Source: an uncultured Gemmatimonadales bacterium
Lineage (GTDB): Bacteria; Gemmatimonadota; Gemmatimonadetes; Longimicrobiales; Gaopeijiaceae
Assembly (NCBI GenBank): GCA_963809895.1
Contig: CAWELD010000003.1
Location: 3,072,001 to 3,136,000 of the forward strand
Direction: 5' to 3'
DNA length: 64,000 bases
In this document: positions 9,257 to 18,254 of the stretch, one piece after another
Layout of the letters: the number at the start of each line of letters is the position of its first letter
Numbering within the stretch: the first letter of the stretch is position 1
Made by a program: the position numbers and the translations under genes
The notes under the pieces: model-generated
What the model was told of the DNA's origin: nothing
Database searches by the model: none
Seen by the model: the letters and a program-made list of their open reading frames with translations, nothing else

Positions 9257-10387
9257 ATGGCGCGTTGGTTTCTGCTCGTGTGCCTGCTCGGCGCGCCCGG
9301 CCGGTCTGCAGCCCAGGACCTCCAGGTCCGGAAACTCTGGGAGAAGGGCGAGGTCGACGGCCCGCCGGAGACCATCTGGGTGCGGATCGAAGACGCCACG
9401 ATCCTCCACGGACGTGTCTACGCCGTGGACATCGCGGCCCCCACCGTGCGGGCGTTCTCGGTGGCGGGAGACTATCTCGGGGAACTTGGCGGCAAGGGGC
9501 AGGGGCCCGGCGAGTTCGCTCTTCCCAACTTCGCCTCGGTGTTCCGCGACTCTCTTCGCGTATATGACCTGGGCATAAGACGGGTCGTAGTCTACGACGA
9601 CGCCGGCAACCACGCGCGGACCAGCAGCCTGTTGGCGTCGCGCTTTCAGGGTGGTGCTGTCTACTGGACAGAGAAGCTCTGGCCCGCGCGTTTCGGATGG
9701 TCTATCGGCGTCACGGCGCTCATCGACAGGAGTCATCCGAGCCAGTCCCTGAGTTGGCACCATCTCCTGGCCTGGAACAGCATCGACCAGGTCGATACGG
9801 TCGCCACCTATGATGGAAATCCCCTTCGATTCCGGAGGAAGTTGAGCGACTCCCTTCACATCAGCACGAGCGGCTTCAGCAACCTCGGCCCCGACGGCGG
9901 AGTTTGGGTGATGGGGGACTCCCTGGTGGTGCGCGTAGACGGTTCAGCCTCCAGCGGCACCATCTACCAGATTGGTCCAGACGGCCTGACCCTCCTTCGC
10001 ACCAAGAAGCTGCCCGGTACGGCTCACCCCCTCACAAATAGGGATCGTGAAGCCGCCATCGCCTGGTTGTACCGCCGCTGGAACACGGAGCCCGGCGCCG
10101 AAGACGCGCCCATCGAGGTCGTCCCCCCCGACCACTGGTCCGCCTGGACCAAGGTCGTCGGTGACGAGAAGGGCAACATCTGGATGCGCCAGGGCGGACC
10201 CAGGATCCTGGACCCCGACAAGGGCGAGCGATGGGCCCGCTGGTCGCTGGCGGACGACTCCCTGCGCTGGGTCGAACTCCCGCCGGGCGTCGAGGGACTT
10301 CGCTTCCGGGAGGGCTACGTCGTGGGCCTGGAGCGCGGCCAGTTCGGTGTGCAGTCGCTGGTGCTGCTCGAATTGGTGGGGGGTTAG
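9257..10387 (+). CDS. 6-bladed beta-propeller (NHL-like) exported protein
   Basis: Signal peptide; GGKGQGPGEF motif; DSLRVYD and DEKGNIWM blades; alternative start 9209. Confidence 0.8.
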   Translation: MARWFLLVCLLGAPGRSAAQDLQVRKLWEKGEVDGPPETIWVRIEDATILHGRVYAVDIAAPTVRAFSVAGDYLGELGGKGQGPGEFALPNFASVFRDSLRVYDLGIRRVVVYDDAGNHARTSSLLASRFQGGAVYWTEKLWPARFGWSIGVTALIDRSHPSQSLSWHHLLAWNSIDQVDTVATYDGNPLRFRRKLSDSLHISTSGFSNLGPDGGVWVMGDSLVVRVDGSASSGTIYQIGPDGLTLLRTKKLPGTAHPLTNRDREAAIAWLYRRWNTEPGAEDAPIEVVPPDHWSAWTKVVGDEKGNIWMRQGGPRILDPDKGERWARWSLADDSLRWVELPPGVEGLRFREGYVVGLERGQFGVQSLVLLELVGG

Positions 10388-10668
10388 GCCGGCGGGCGCA
10401 CCTACGACGCGGCTTTCGAGGTCTTGACGGGCGGCCCCGGTGCACGCGGGACAGGGCTCGAAGTCACAATGCAGCCCACAACGCCCCTGCAACCGACGCT
10501 CGGCCGCGGAGTGGCGAATAATCGCCTACACTGCAACCCACGGGGCCCGAAGCGCGCCGTCCGGGCGACATCGTGGCGAATTATTGCCCAATCCGGGGCG
10601 GATTGGGCTCACGGCAGGTCATGTGGGCGACATTCTGGCCAATCGCCGGCCACCCTCCTCCGGCGAGC

Positions 10669-12471
10669 CTACCCCCGCTCGACCACGTGCCTCATGACCT
10701 CGCGGGCGCGCTCCGTGGCCAACGCCTCCGGTCCGATGAGGGCGGGAAAGATGGGCGGATACAGCGCGGAGGCCTGCGGCCCGCGCGCCATGGCCTCCAG
10801 GAGGTCCAGGGCAGCGTCCATGCCCTGCAGCTCCAGCGTGGCCAGGAAGCGCAGCTCCGGGCGTGCCATGAGCCGGGTCGCCACCGCGCCTTCCGAGCCC
10901 GGCAGGCCCCAGCGCGAGGGGCTCGCAGCACCCTCGGAAGTGTCGCCGCCCCCCTGGGCCAACGCCTCGAGGAGCTCCCGACGGCGTCCCCGATCAGCCA
11001 GGGCCTGCTCGACGCTGGCGCCGGCCGCCGCGTCGCCCCCGATCTCGGCCACGCGCCGGAACGCCTGGCCGACACGGTTCCAGAGGCCGAGTCTCATGAA
11101 GAAATAGGCGGCGAAGGTATGGACCAGCTCCGCGTCGGGGAGCAGCTCCATGGACTTGTCGAGTTGCGCGAGCGCGTCGTCGTATCGCCCGAGCATCATC
11201 AACGCCTCGGCCTTCTCCACGAGGATGGCGGGAGCGACCGGGTCCAGGGACTCCGCCACGTCGATGGAGGCCAGGGCCCCCTCGCCGTCCAGCTTCATCA
11301 TGAGCAGGTCGGCCAGCCAATGATGGGCGGTGGCGTATCCGGGACTGTAGCGAATCGCCTCCCGAAACCAGTGCTCACTCTGGACCAGGTCACCTCGTTG
11401 CATCGCGCCGTCACCCAGGGCCGTGTAGGCGGACGGAAGCTCGGGATCGAGGTCGATGGCACGCCGAGCCGCAGCTCCGGCCCGTGCCAGGGCTTCTCCA
11501 CGGGTGATCCCCGGAACCGCGTACTCCTGCGGCGTGCTGAGAGTGTAGGCCAGCGCCAGACCACCCCAGGCTTCTGCGTAGGACGAATCGGCGGCGATGG
11601 CCTCCTGGAAGAGCGCGGTGGCCTTCTCCATGTCCTCGGTCGTCCGAAGCGTCCAGTGGTGCACACCCAGGTAGAACGCGCGTTGGGCGTCGGGGCTCAA
11701 CGTGCCACCGCGTACGATGCGCTCATCCTCTCCACCCGCGAGACGCCCGCGCAGGGCTGCCACGATGTCGCGGGCGACGGCGTCCTGCAGATCGAACAGG
11801 TCGGCCTCGTCCACCTCGTCGTCGAACTGCTCGGCCCACTGGTTCTCGCCGGTGCGGGTGTCGACCAGGCTGGCCGTGATGCGGACGCGGCCCCCGACCT
11901 GAGCCACCGTCCCTTCCACGATGGATCCCGCACCCAGCCGCCGCCCGATCTCCCGCACGTCTCCCGAATCGCGAAAGGCGAAGGCCGATGTGCGCGCGAC
12001 CACACGGAGGTCGTCGATGCGCGCCAGCGCGCTGATGAGCGTCTCGGCGATGCCGTCGCCCAGGTAGTCCCTCCCGCCGTCGGGGCTCAGGTCCCGGAAT
12101 GGAAGGACCGCCAGCGTCGATGCCGGTGCCAGCGATGCGGCCGCAGCGTCGGGCACCTGGTCACGTGCGGGGCGCGAGCGCCACGCGGCGGTGGCACCGG
12201 CCAGGCCGAGAACGACCAACATCGAGAGAAGGACGGTCTCGGCGGCCGAGACCCTTTGCCGGCCCCGCTCCCCGTGGAACCACGCAAGCACCACGGTAAC
12301 CCCCAGCCCAGCCACCAGGAGCGCGAAGGCCACCCGGCCCACCCCCGGCGACCAGTCCCACATGCCTCCGAGCACGTCGATCCCCTGGAGGATCAGCCAG
12401 GCCGCCGCGGCGTAGGCGAGGACCCACTGGATCAGCTTGCGATCGGAGAGGCGCGAGAGGCGGTCGGGCAT
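10669..12471 (-). CDS. Membrane-anchored TolB-N-like + TPR protein
   Basis: RKLIQWVLAYAAAAW TM region, LAVLPFRDLS...LRVVARTSAFAF, multiple TPRs; start ATG 12471. Confidence 0.88.
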   Translation of the reverse strand: MPDRLSRLSDRKLIQWVLAYAAAAWLILQGIDVLGGMWDWSPGVGRVAFALLVAGLGVTVVLAWFHGERGRQRVSAAETVLLSMLVVLGLAGATAAWRSRPARDQVPDAAAASLAPASTLAVLPFRDLSPDGGRDYLGDGIAETLISALARIDDLRVVARTSAFAFRDSGDVREIGRRLGAGSIVEGTVAQVGGRVRITASLVDTRTGENQWAEQFDDEVDEADLFDLQDAVARDIVAALRGRLAGGEDERIVRGGTLSPDAQRAFYLGVHHWTLRTTEDMEKATALFQEAIAADSSYAEAWGGLALAYTLSTPQEYAVPGITRGEALARAGAAARRAIDLDPELPSAYTALGDGAMQRGDLVQSEHWFREAIRYSPGYATAHHWLADLLMMKLDGEGALASIDVAESLDPVAPAILVEKAEALMMLGRYDDALAQLDKSMELLPDAELVHTFAAYFFMRLGLWNRVGQAFRRVAEIGGDAAAGASVEQALADRGRRRELLEALAQGGGDTSEGAASPSRWGLPGSEGAVATRLMARPELRFLATLELQGMDAALDLLEAMARGPQASALYPPIFPALIGPEALATERAREVMRHVVERG

Positions 12472-12552
12472 GTCGCAAAGTGACTGGAACGCGCGCCGTG
12501 GCGCCAGCCTGCGCACTGGACCATGCGCCGCTCTTTCCGCTAGCATCCATCC

Positions 12553-12879
12553 ATGGCTCGCCTGCTTCTCACCTGGATCGGCTTCACCGTCCTGCAACTC
12601 GGGGCGCCCAGCGGCCCGAGCGTGGCGGCGTTCCGTCCGGGTGGCGAGTCCACCCACGCGGTGCCACAGGTCGAGCTGCGCTCGTCGGCTGCGTTCGCCC
12701 TCAGCGACGCCCGGGGGCACGACCTCCGGGGGGAGCACGCCGCGCCACCCCTGCCGTCCAGACCTGGACGGCTCACCCTCGCTCCTCCCTGCGGCGCGCT
12801 GACGCCGCAGATCCCCGGACCGTCCGGTCCGGCGTCGAGCGGGCTCGCCCTCCCGGAAGCCCGAGCCCCTCCCGCGTAG
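12553..12879 (+). CDS. Putative secretion-monitor arrest peptide (ApdP/ApdA-like, RAPP)
   Basis: Signal-like N-terminus, Pro/Ala-rich spacer, ends EARAPPA-stop about 105 bp before secDF. Confidence 0.75.
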   Translation: MARLLLTWIGFTVLQLGAPSGPSVAAFRPGGESTHAVPQVELRSSAAFALSDARGHDLRGEHAAPPLPSRPGRLTLAPPCGALTPQIPGPSGPASSGLALPEARAPPA

Positions 12880-12983
12880 TCCCTGCTCCGACAACACGAC
12901 GAACGATCTCGCGCCGGCCGACACTGCGGCGGGGCGCGTACGCTCGTCCATCGTTCACGACAGGACTACGACGGTGAAGACCC

Positions 12984-15418
12984 ATGAAGACCATCCGATC
13001 ACGCATGCTGCTGATCGCCCTGCTCGCGCTGGGCAGTGTGGTATCCCTCCTTCCTCGCACGGTCACGGAACGCGCCTACGATCCGGACACCGGCCATGTG
13101 GTCGAGACCACGGCGCGCAGGGTCCCCATCGAGCTCGGTCTCGATCTGCGCGGGGGAACGCACCTGGAACTCGAGGTGGACCGATCCAGGGCACCGAAGG
13201 CCGACTGCGCCGATGCCATCAGCGGTGCGGCGCAGATCATACGGAATCGCGTGGACGAGTTCGGCACCCTGAGCCCGGTCATCCAGGTCGCGGGGGATTG
13301 CCGGTTGATCGTCGAGCTGCCGGGCGAGCGCGACCCGGTGCGCGCCCGCGCAATCGTCCAACGGACCGCGTTTCTCGAATTTCGGCTGGTGGACGCCGAG
13401 GACCGGTTCGACAGGCTCGCCGCGTCGGTTGCCGAGGCGACGGGTGAGACCGGCGCACTCGTACGCGGGGCGATGCCGGGCGAGTATCTCGTGCCCGAGC
13501 GCCTGGCGGAGCCGGTCGAGAGCGCGCTCACATCGACTGGCTCCCGCAGGCTGCTGCCGTCCACCCTGGAGGTCCGGTGGGGGACGGAGGTACGCCAGCT
13601 TCGGGGCACGGCATACCGCGCCTTCTACGTCGTCGGGTCCGACGCCGTAGTCACGGGCGAGAAGCTGGTCGGGGCCATCTCCGCACACGACCCTCTCACG
13701 TCCACACCGCAGGTGCAGTTCGAGCTGACCCGCGCTGCCGGTGAGGCCTTCGCCGACGCCACCGGCCGCCATGTGGGCGAGTACCTCGCCATCCTCCTCG
13801 ACGGTCGCGTGCAGGGAGCGCCGGCGGTGATCCGCGAACGCATCGGCTCCACCGGACGCATCGAGTTGCCGGGCCGGTCGATGCAGGAAGCGGGAGACCT
13901 GGCGCTCACCCTTCGCGCCGGCGCGCTGCCGGCGCCACTGCGTGTGGTGGACCAACGCTCCGTCGGCCCGTCGCTGGGCAGCGATTCCATCGCCGCGGGC
14001 GTGCGCACGTCCGTGCTGGCGGTGGCCGTGGTGGTGCTGGCCATGACCCTCTACTACCGCTTCTCGGGCGTGCTCGCCGTGGGAGCGCTCGCCCTCTACC
14101 TCCTCTACTCCCTGGGCGGGCTGGCCGTGTTGGGCTCCACGCTGACGCTGCCCGGCATCGCGGGCTTCGCGCTGGCCATCGGCATGGCCGTGGATGCGAA
14201 CGTGCTCATCTTCGAGCGGATTCGCGAGGAGCTGTCGCCTTCGGGCTCGGCGCGTGTGGCGGTGGACCGGGGGTTCCGCCACGCCATGAGCGCCATCGTC
14301 GACTCGAACGTGACCACCGCCCTCACCGCCTTGATCCTCTATCGCGTGGGGACCGATCCGGTGAAGGGATTCGCGGTCACGCTGCTCATCGGCCTGTGTG
14401 CTTCGATGTTCGCCGCGGTCTTCGTCACCCGCACCCTCTTCCTGATCTGGCTGCGGCGGAAGGGGCGAAGCGCCAGACTCGCGTACCGGACCGTGAGGCC
14501 CCTCGCGCGGGCGCGCTACCGCTTCATGCGCGCACGGCGATGGGTCCTCGCTCTCTCGGGCACCTTCATCGTCGCCGGCCTGCTGATGCTCGCCGTGCGG
14601 GGCATGAGCTACGGCATCGACTTCACCGGAGGCACGCTGCTCCAGGTCCGCACCGAGAGGCCGGTTCCCATCACCACGATCCGCTCCGCTCTGGCGGACG
14701 GTCCCTCGGCGCGGCGGAGATCCAGCGCTACGGCTCCGACCGGGATTTCCTCGTCCGCACGGGCCCCGAGGACATCGGCACCGCGGCTCCCGCCGGGGCC
14801 GGCGGCTCCATGGCGCAGGGAGTTCGCTCGCAGGTGAGTGATGCCCTGGACGCGGCCCTCGGCCCCGACAGCCACGAGATGCTGCGCGCCGACGAGGTCA
14901 CGCCGCAGGTCGGCCACGAGCTCCAGCAGAGGGCCGCCGCGGCGATCGGACTCAGCTTCGTGAGCACGCTCGCCTATCTCGCGATCCGCTTCGAGTGGCG
15001 CCTGGGATCCGCAGCCGTGCTGACCACGGCCCACGACATCCTCGCCACCCTGGCCTTCATGCGGATCTTCAACCTGGAGATGAGCCTGATCACGGTGGCC
15101 GGGGTCCTCACCGTGATCGGCTATTCGCTCAACGACACCATCGTGATCTTCGACAGGGTACGCGAGAACCGGCGGGCGGGGCCCCGGGAGGGACTCCGGG
15201 AGGTGCTGGACCGATCCATCAACGAGACGCTGCCCAGAACCGTTCTCACGGCGGGGACCACCCTGCTCGCGGCACTCCTTCTGGCGAGCTTCGGCGGCGA
15301 GACCATCCGACCGCTGGCACTCGTCATGAGCTTCGGCATCACGGTGGGCACGTTGTCTTCGATCTTCGTGGCATCACCGGTGCTTCTGTGGCTCACCCCC
15401 TCCGGGGATCGCTCCTGA
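12984..15418 (+). CDS. secDF: Protein translocase SecDF fusion (apparent frameshift near 14700)
   Basis: LGLDLRGG, GPSLG, IGMAVDANVLIFERIREE (SecD); GIDFTGG, GYSLNDTIVIFDRVRE (SecF) spread over two frames. Confidence 0.93.
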
Positions 15419-15439
15419 GGCGTTCCGCGCTCCCGACGC

Positions 15440-15476
15440 ACGAGCCCCCGCCGATGTCACCCCGGTGGGGGCTCGT
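15440..15476. terminator. GC-rich hairpin between convergent genes
   Basis: ACGAGCCCCCGCCG / CGGTGGGGGCTCGT inverted repeat. Confidence 0.55.
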
Positions 15477-15494
15477 TATGGGTGTGCGACCGGG

Positions 15495-17930
15495 CTATTC
15501 GATCCCCAGCGACCTCATGGGGTCCACCGAAGACGCACGCCGTGCGGGCAGGTAGCTCGCCAGGAGCGCCACGGCCAGCATGACGGCGGACATGGCCAGG
15601 AAGGTCGGCGCGTCGAGGACCTGGACCCCGAAGAGCATGCTCGCGAGAAAGCGTGTCACGCCCAGGGCGGCGAGCACGCCCACCGCCACTCCGACGAGTG
15701 CCACCCGGCCGCCCTGCCACACCACCATGCGACGCAGGGCCGGCGGCTCCGCGCCCAGCGCCATGCGCACCGCGATCTCGCGCGTGCGCTGCGTCACGAG
15801 ATAGGAAAGAACGGCGTAGAGCCCGACCGCACCCAGGATGGTCGCCAACGCCGCCGCGATGCCGAGCATGAGCATGGTGAACGACAGGCTGGCCATGGTG
15901 CTGGCCACCAGGCCCTTCATGGTGAAGACCCTGTACATGGGCGATTCGGGGATCATCTCGTTGATGATGGCGCGGACGTCCGGGGCGAGTCCCTCGGCCC
16001 GGGCCGACTTCACGACGTACGCGGGCGACAGGGACACCGCGGGCAGATACACCATGGGCTGCGGAGGCTCGCGGAAGTCGTGGATGCGGACGTCCTCGAC
16101 GACGCCGATGATGGTGAACCACTGCTGGCCGGTCTCGGGACGGATCTGCTGGTCCAGGGGATTCTCACCCGGGAAGAGCAGATCGGCCGCTGCCTGGCTG
16201 ATGATCACGTTGGGCGTGCCCTCCTGCTCCTCGACGCGCTCGAACAGGCGGCCACGCAGGAGCTGGATGCCCATGGTCTCAAAGTACGCGCCTCCCGCAC
16301 CGGCGTTGTTGATGGGCGGCGGCTCGGCGCCGCTGGCCGCCATGGCCCGGGTGGTGACGGTCGTCTGCCCTGCGCCTTCGTCCAGCGGCAGGGTGGTGAT
16401 GTAGCCCACCGACTCGACGCCGGGGAGCGCCGCCACCCGGTCCATGAACTCGTACTGGAAACGGGACACCGAGGCGCGGTCCCTCAGGTCGTCGCGGTCC
16501 GGTGCGATCTGGAAGGTGAAGATGCCCTCGGTGTCGAATCCGGGATCCACGTGGCTGAGCTGCCAGAAGCTGCGCACCAGCAGCGCCGATCCCACCAGGA
16601 GCACCAGGGCCGAGGCGGTCTGGACGACCACCAGCGCGTCCCGCGCCAGCCCGCGGCGACCGACCACGCCGCGCCCCGCGTGCCCGAGGCTGCCGAGGAG
16701 CCCGGTGCCCGAGTAGCGGATCGCGGGCAGAAGCCCAAAGGCGAGCGCCGCCACCACCGAGATCCCCACGGTGAAGAGGAGCGCCGTTCCATCGAGGCCC
16801 GCCGTGGCCAGCCCGGGGATGGGCGCGCTCCGGAAGCCTCCGGCCACGGCGTCCGGCGCGGCACGAATCAGCAGCGGAACGCCGGCCCAGGCGAGGAGCG
16901 CCCCGACCAGGCCCCCGGCGGCCGCCAGCAGCAACGCCTCCGCCATCTGCGCACGCACGAGTCCCGCGCGGCCAGCGCCCAGGGCCCGCCGCACGGAAAA
17001 GTCCCGGCGACGACCCTCCGCCCGGACCGTGAACAGATTCGCCACGTTCGTGCACGCGATCAGGAAGACGACGGCGACGGTGCCCAGCACGATCCACAGC
17101 GCGGTCGAGACACTGCCGACCAGGTGCTCGCGGAGGGGCACCACGATGGGGCGGAAACGCTCCATGATCCGGGCGTAGGGGGCGGGGCCACCCAACCGCT
17201 CCTGCACGCGCGCAGCCAGGGGTTGGAGCTGGGCTTCGAGCCCGTCGCGGTCCGCGTCCGCGGTCATGCGGGCCACCACGCCAGCCCCGAACCCACCCGG
17301 GGTCACCTGAGCGGCGCGGATCTGCCAGGGAACCCAGAAGGCGGTGCGCTCGTCGGGAAACCGGAACCCTGGCTCGAGAACGCCGATGACGGTGCGGGTC
17401 TCGCGAGCGAATTCGTAGCTCCGGCCCACCACCTCGGGATCGGCCCCGAACCAGTCCTGCCACAGCCAGTTGCTCAGCACGACCACGCTGTCGTCGTCGT
17501 CTTCGTTCGGAAGCCGACCCACCACGGCCCGCGCGCCGAGAGTCGTGAACAACGACGGCGTCGCCCGGGTCAGAAAGAGCTGCTCGGTGTGGCCCTCGGC
17601 CCGGGTCGTGGACGACCCCGTGCCGTACGTGCCGAGGTCTTCGATGGTCGGCACGCTCTCGTCGTACTCGAGGTAGAGCTCGTCGGGGACGCCGAGATCG
17701 GCGGGAAGGTCCGTCCCGGGCGCCGTGCCCCCGATGTAGACCAGCCGGTCGGCGTCCGGAAACGGCAAGGGCTCCAGGAGCACCGAGCGCACGACGCTGA
17801 AGATCGCGGTGTTCGCTCCGATGGCGAGCGCCAGCGTCATCACGATCACGACGGTGAACAGCGGCGCGCGCGCAAGGCTGCGCGCGGCGAGCTTGAAATC
17901 CCTTACCCACGCTTCCAGGCTCCTGCCCAC
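15495..17930 (-). CDS. Duplicated ABC permease (ADOP family)
   Basis: LALAIGANTAIFSVV, LIACTNVANL and EIAVRMALGA; GTG start at 17930 behind GAGGAGGT. Confidence 0.92.
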   Translation of the reverse strand: MGRSLEAWVRDFKLAARSLARAPLFTVVIVMTLALAIGANTAIFSVVRSVLLEPLPFPDADRLVYIGGTAPGTDLPADLGVPDELYLEYDESVPTIEDLGTYGTGSSTTRAEGHTEQLFLTRATPSLFTTLGARAVVGRLPNEDDDDSVVVLSNWLWQDWFGADPEVVGRSYEFARETRTVIGVLEPGFRFPDERTAFWVPWQIRAAQVTPGGFGAGVVARMTADADRDGLEAQLQPLAARVQERLGGPAPYARIMERFRPIVVPLREHLVGSVSTALWIVLGTVAVVFLIACTNVANLFTVRAEGRRRDFSVRRALGAGRAGLVRAQMAEALLLAAAGGLVGALLAWAGVPLLIRAAPDAVAGGFRSAPIPGLATAGLDGTALLFTVGISVVAALAFGLLPAIRYSGTGLLGSLGHAGRGVVGRRGLARDALVVVQTASALVLLVGSALLVRSFWQLSHVDPGFDTEGIFTFQIAPDRDDLRDRASVSRFQYEFMDRVAALPGVESVGYITTLPLDEGAGQTTVTTRAMAASGAEPPPINNAGAGGAYFETMGIQLLRGRLFERVEEQEGTPNVIISQAAADLLFPGENPLDQQIRPETGQQWFTIIGVVEDVRIHDFREPPQPMVYLPAVSLSPAYVVKSARAEGLAPDVRAIINEMIPESPMYRVFTMKGLVASTMASLSFTMLMLGIAAALATILGAVGLYAVLSYLVTQRTREIAVRMALGAEPPALRRMVVWQGGRVALVGVAVGVLAALGVTRFLASMLFGVQVLDAPTFLAMSAVMLAVALLASYLPARRASSVDPMRSLGIE

Positions 17931-18254
17931 GTCCCACCTCCTCGCTCGGGTCGTCGAGCCCACCACCGTCGGACCTGTCACGAATGCGCCGCGCCGGGGC
18001 GAGCCCGTTCACGGTAGTTCCGAGTCTTTTTCAGGGCAAGTACTTTGTGATGCAAAGACGAACGATGTTCGCGGTATGCCGCGTCGGCGCCGACGGTTCG
18101 GATGGGCGGTAGGCGGCGGGACTCCTCCCGCCCCGAGCGCGCGAAATCCACACCGATCCGCGTCGCGCATGCAAGCGCCCGAGACCACTTCGGCGCATCT
18201 TGCGACCGACGAGCCCCCTTGTACCGGGGCGACCACCCCTCCCATCTATCGACC

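Noticed and set aside
14690..14720. Programmed frameshift or true split of secD/secF
   Set aside because: No slippery heptamer, the break lies inside the SecF region after GIDFTGG, and similar indels occur throughout the window
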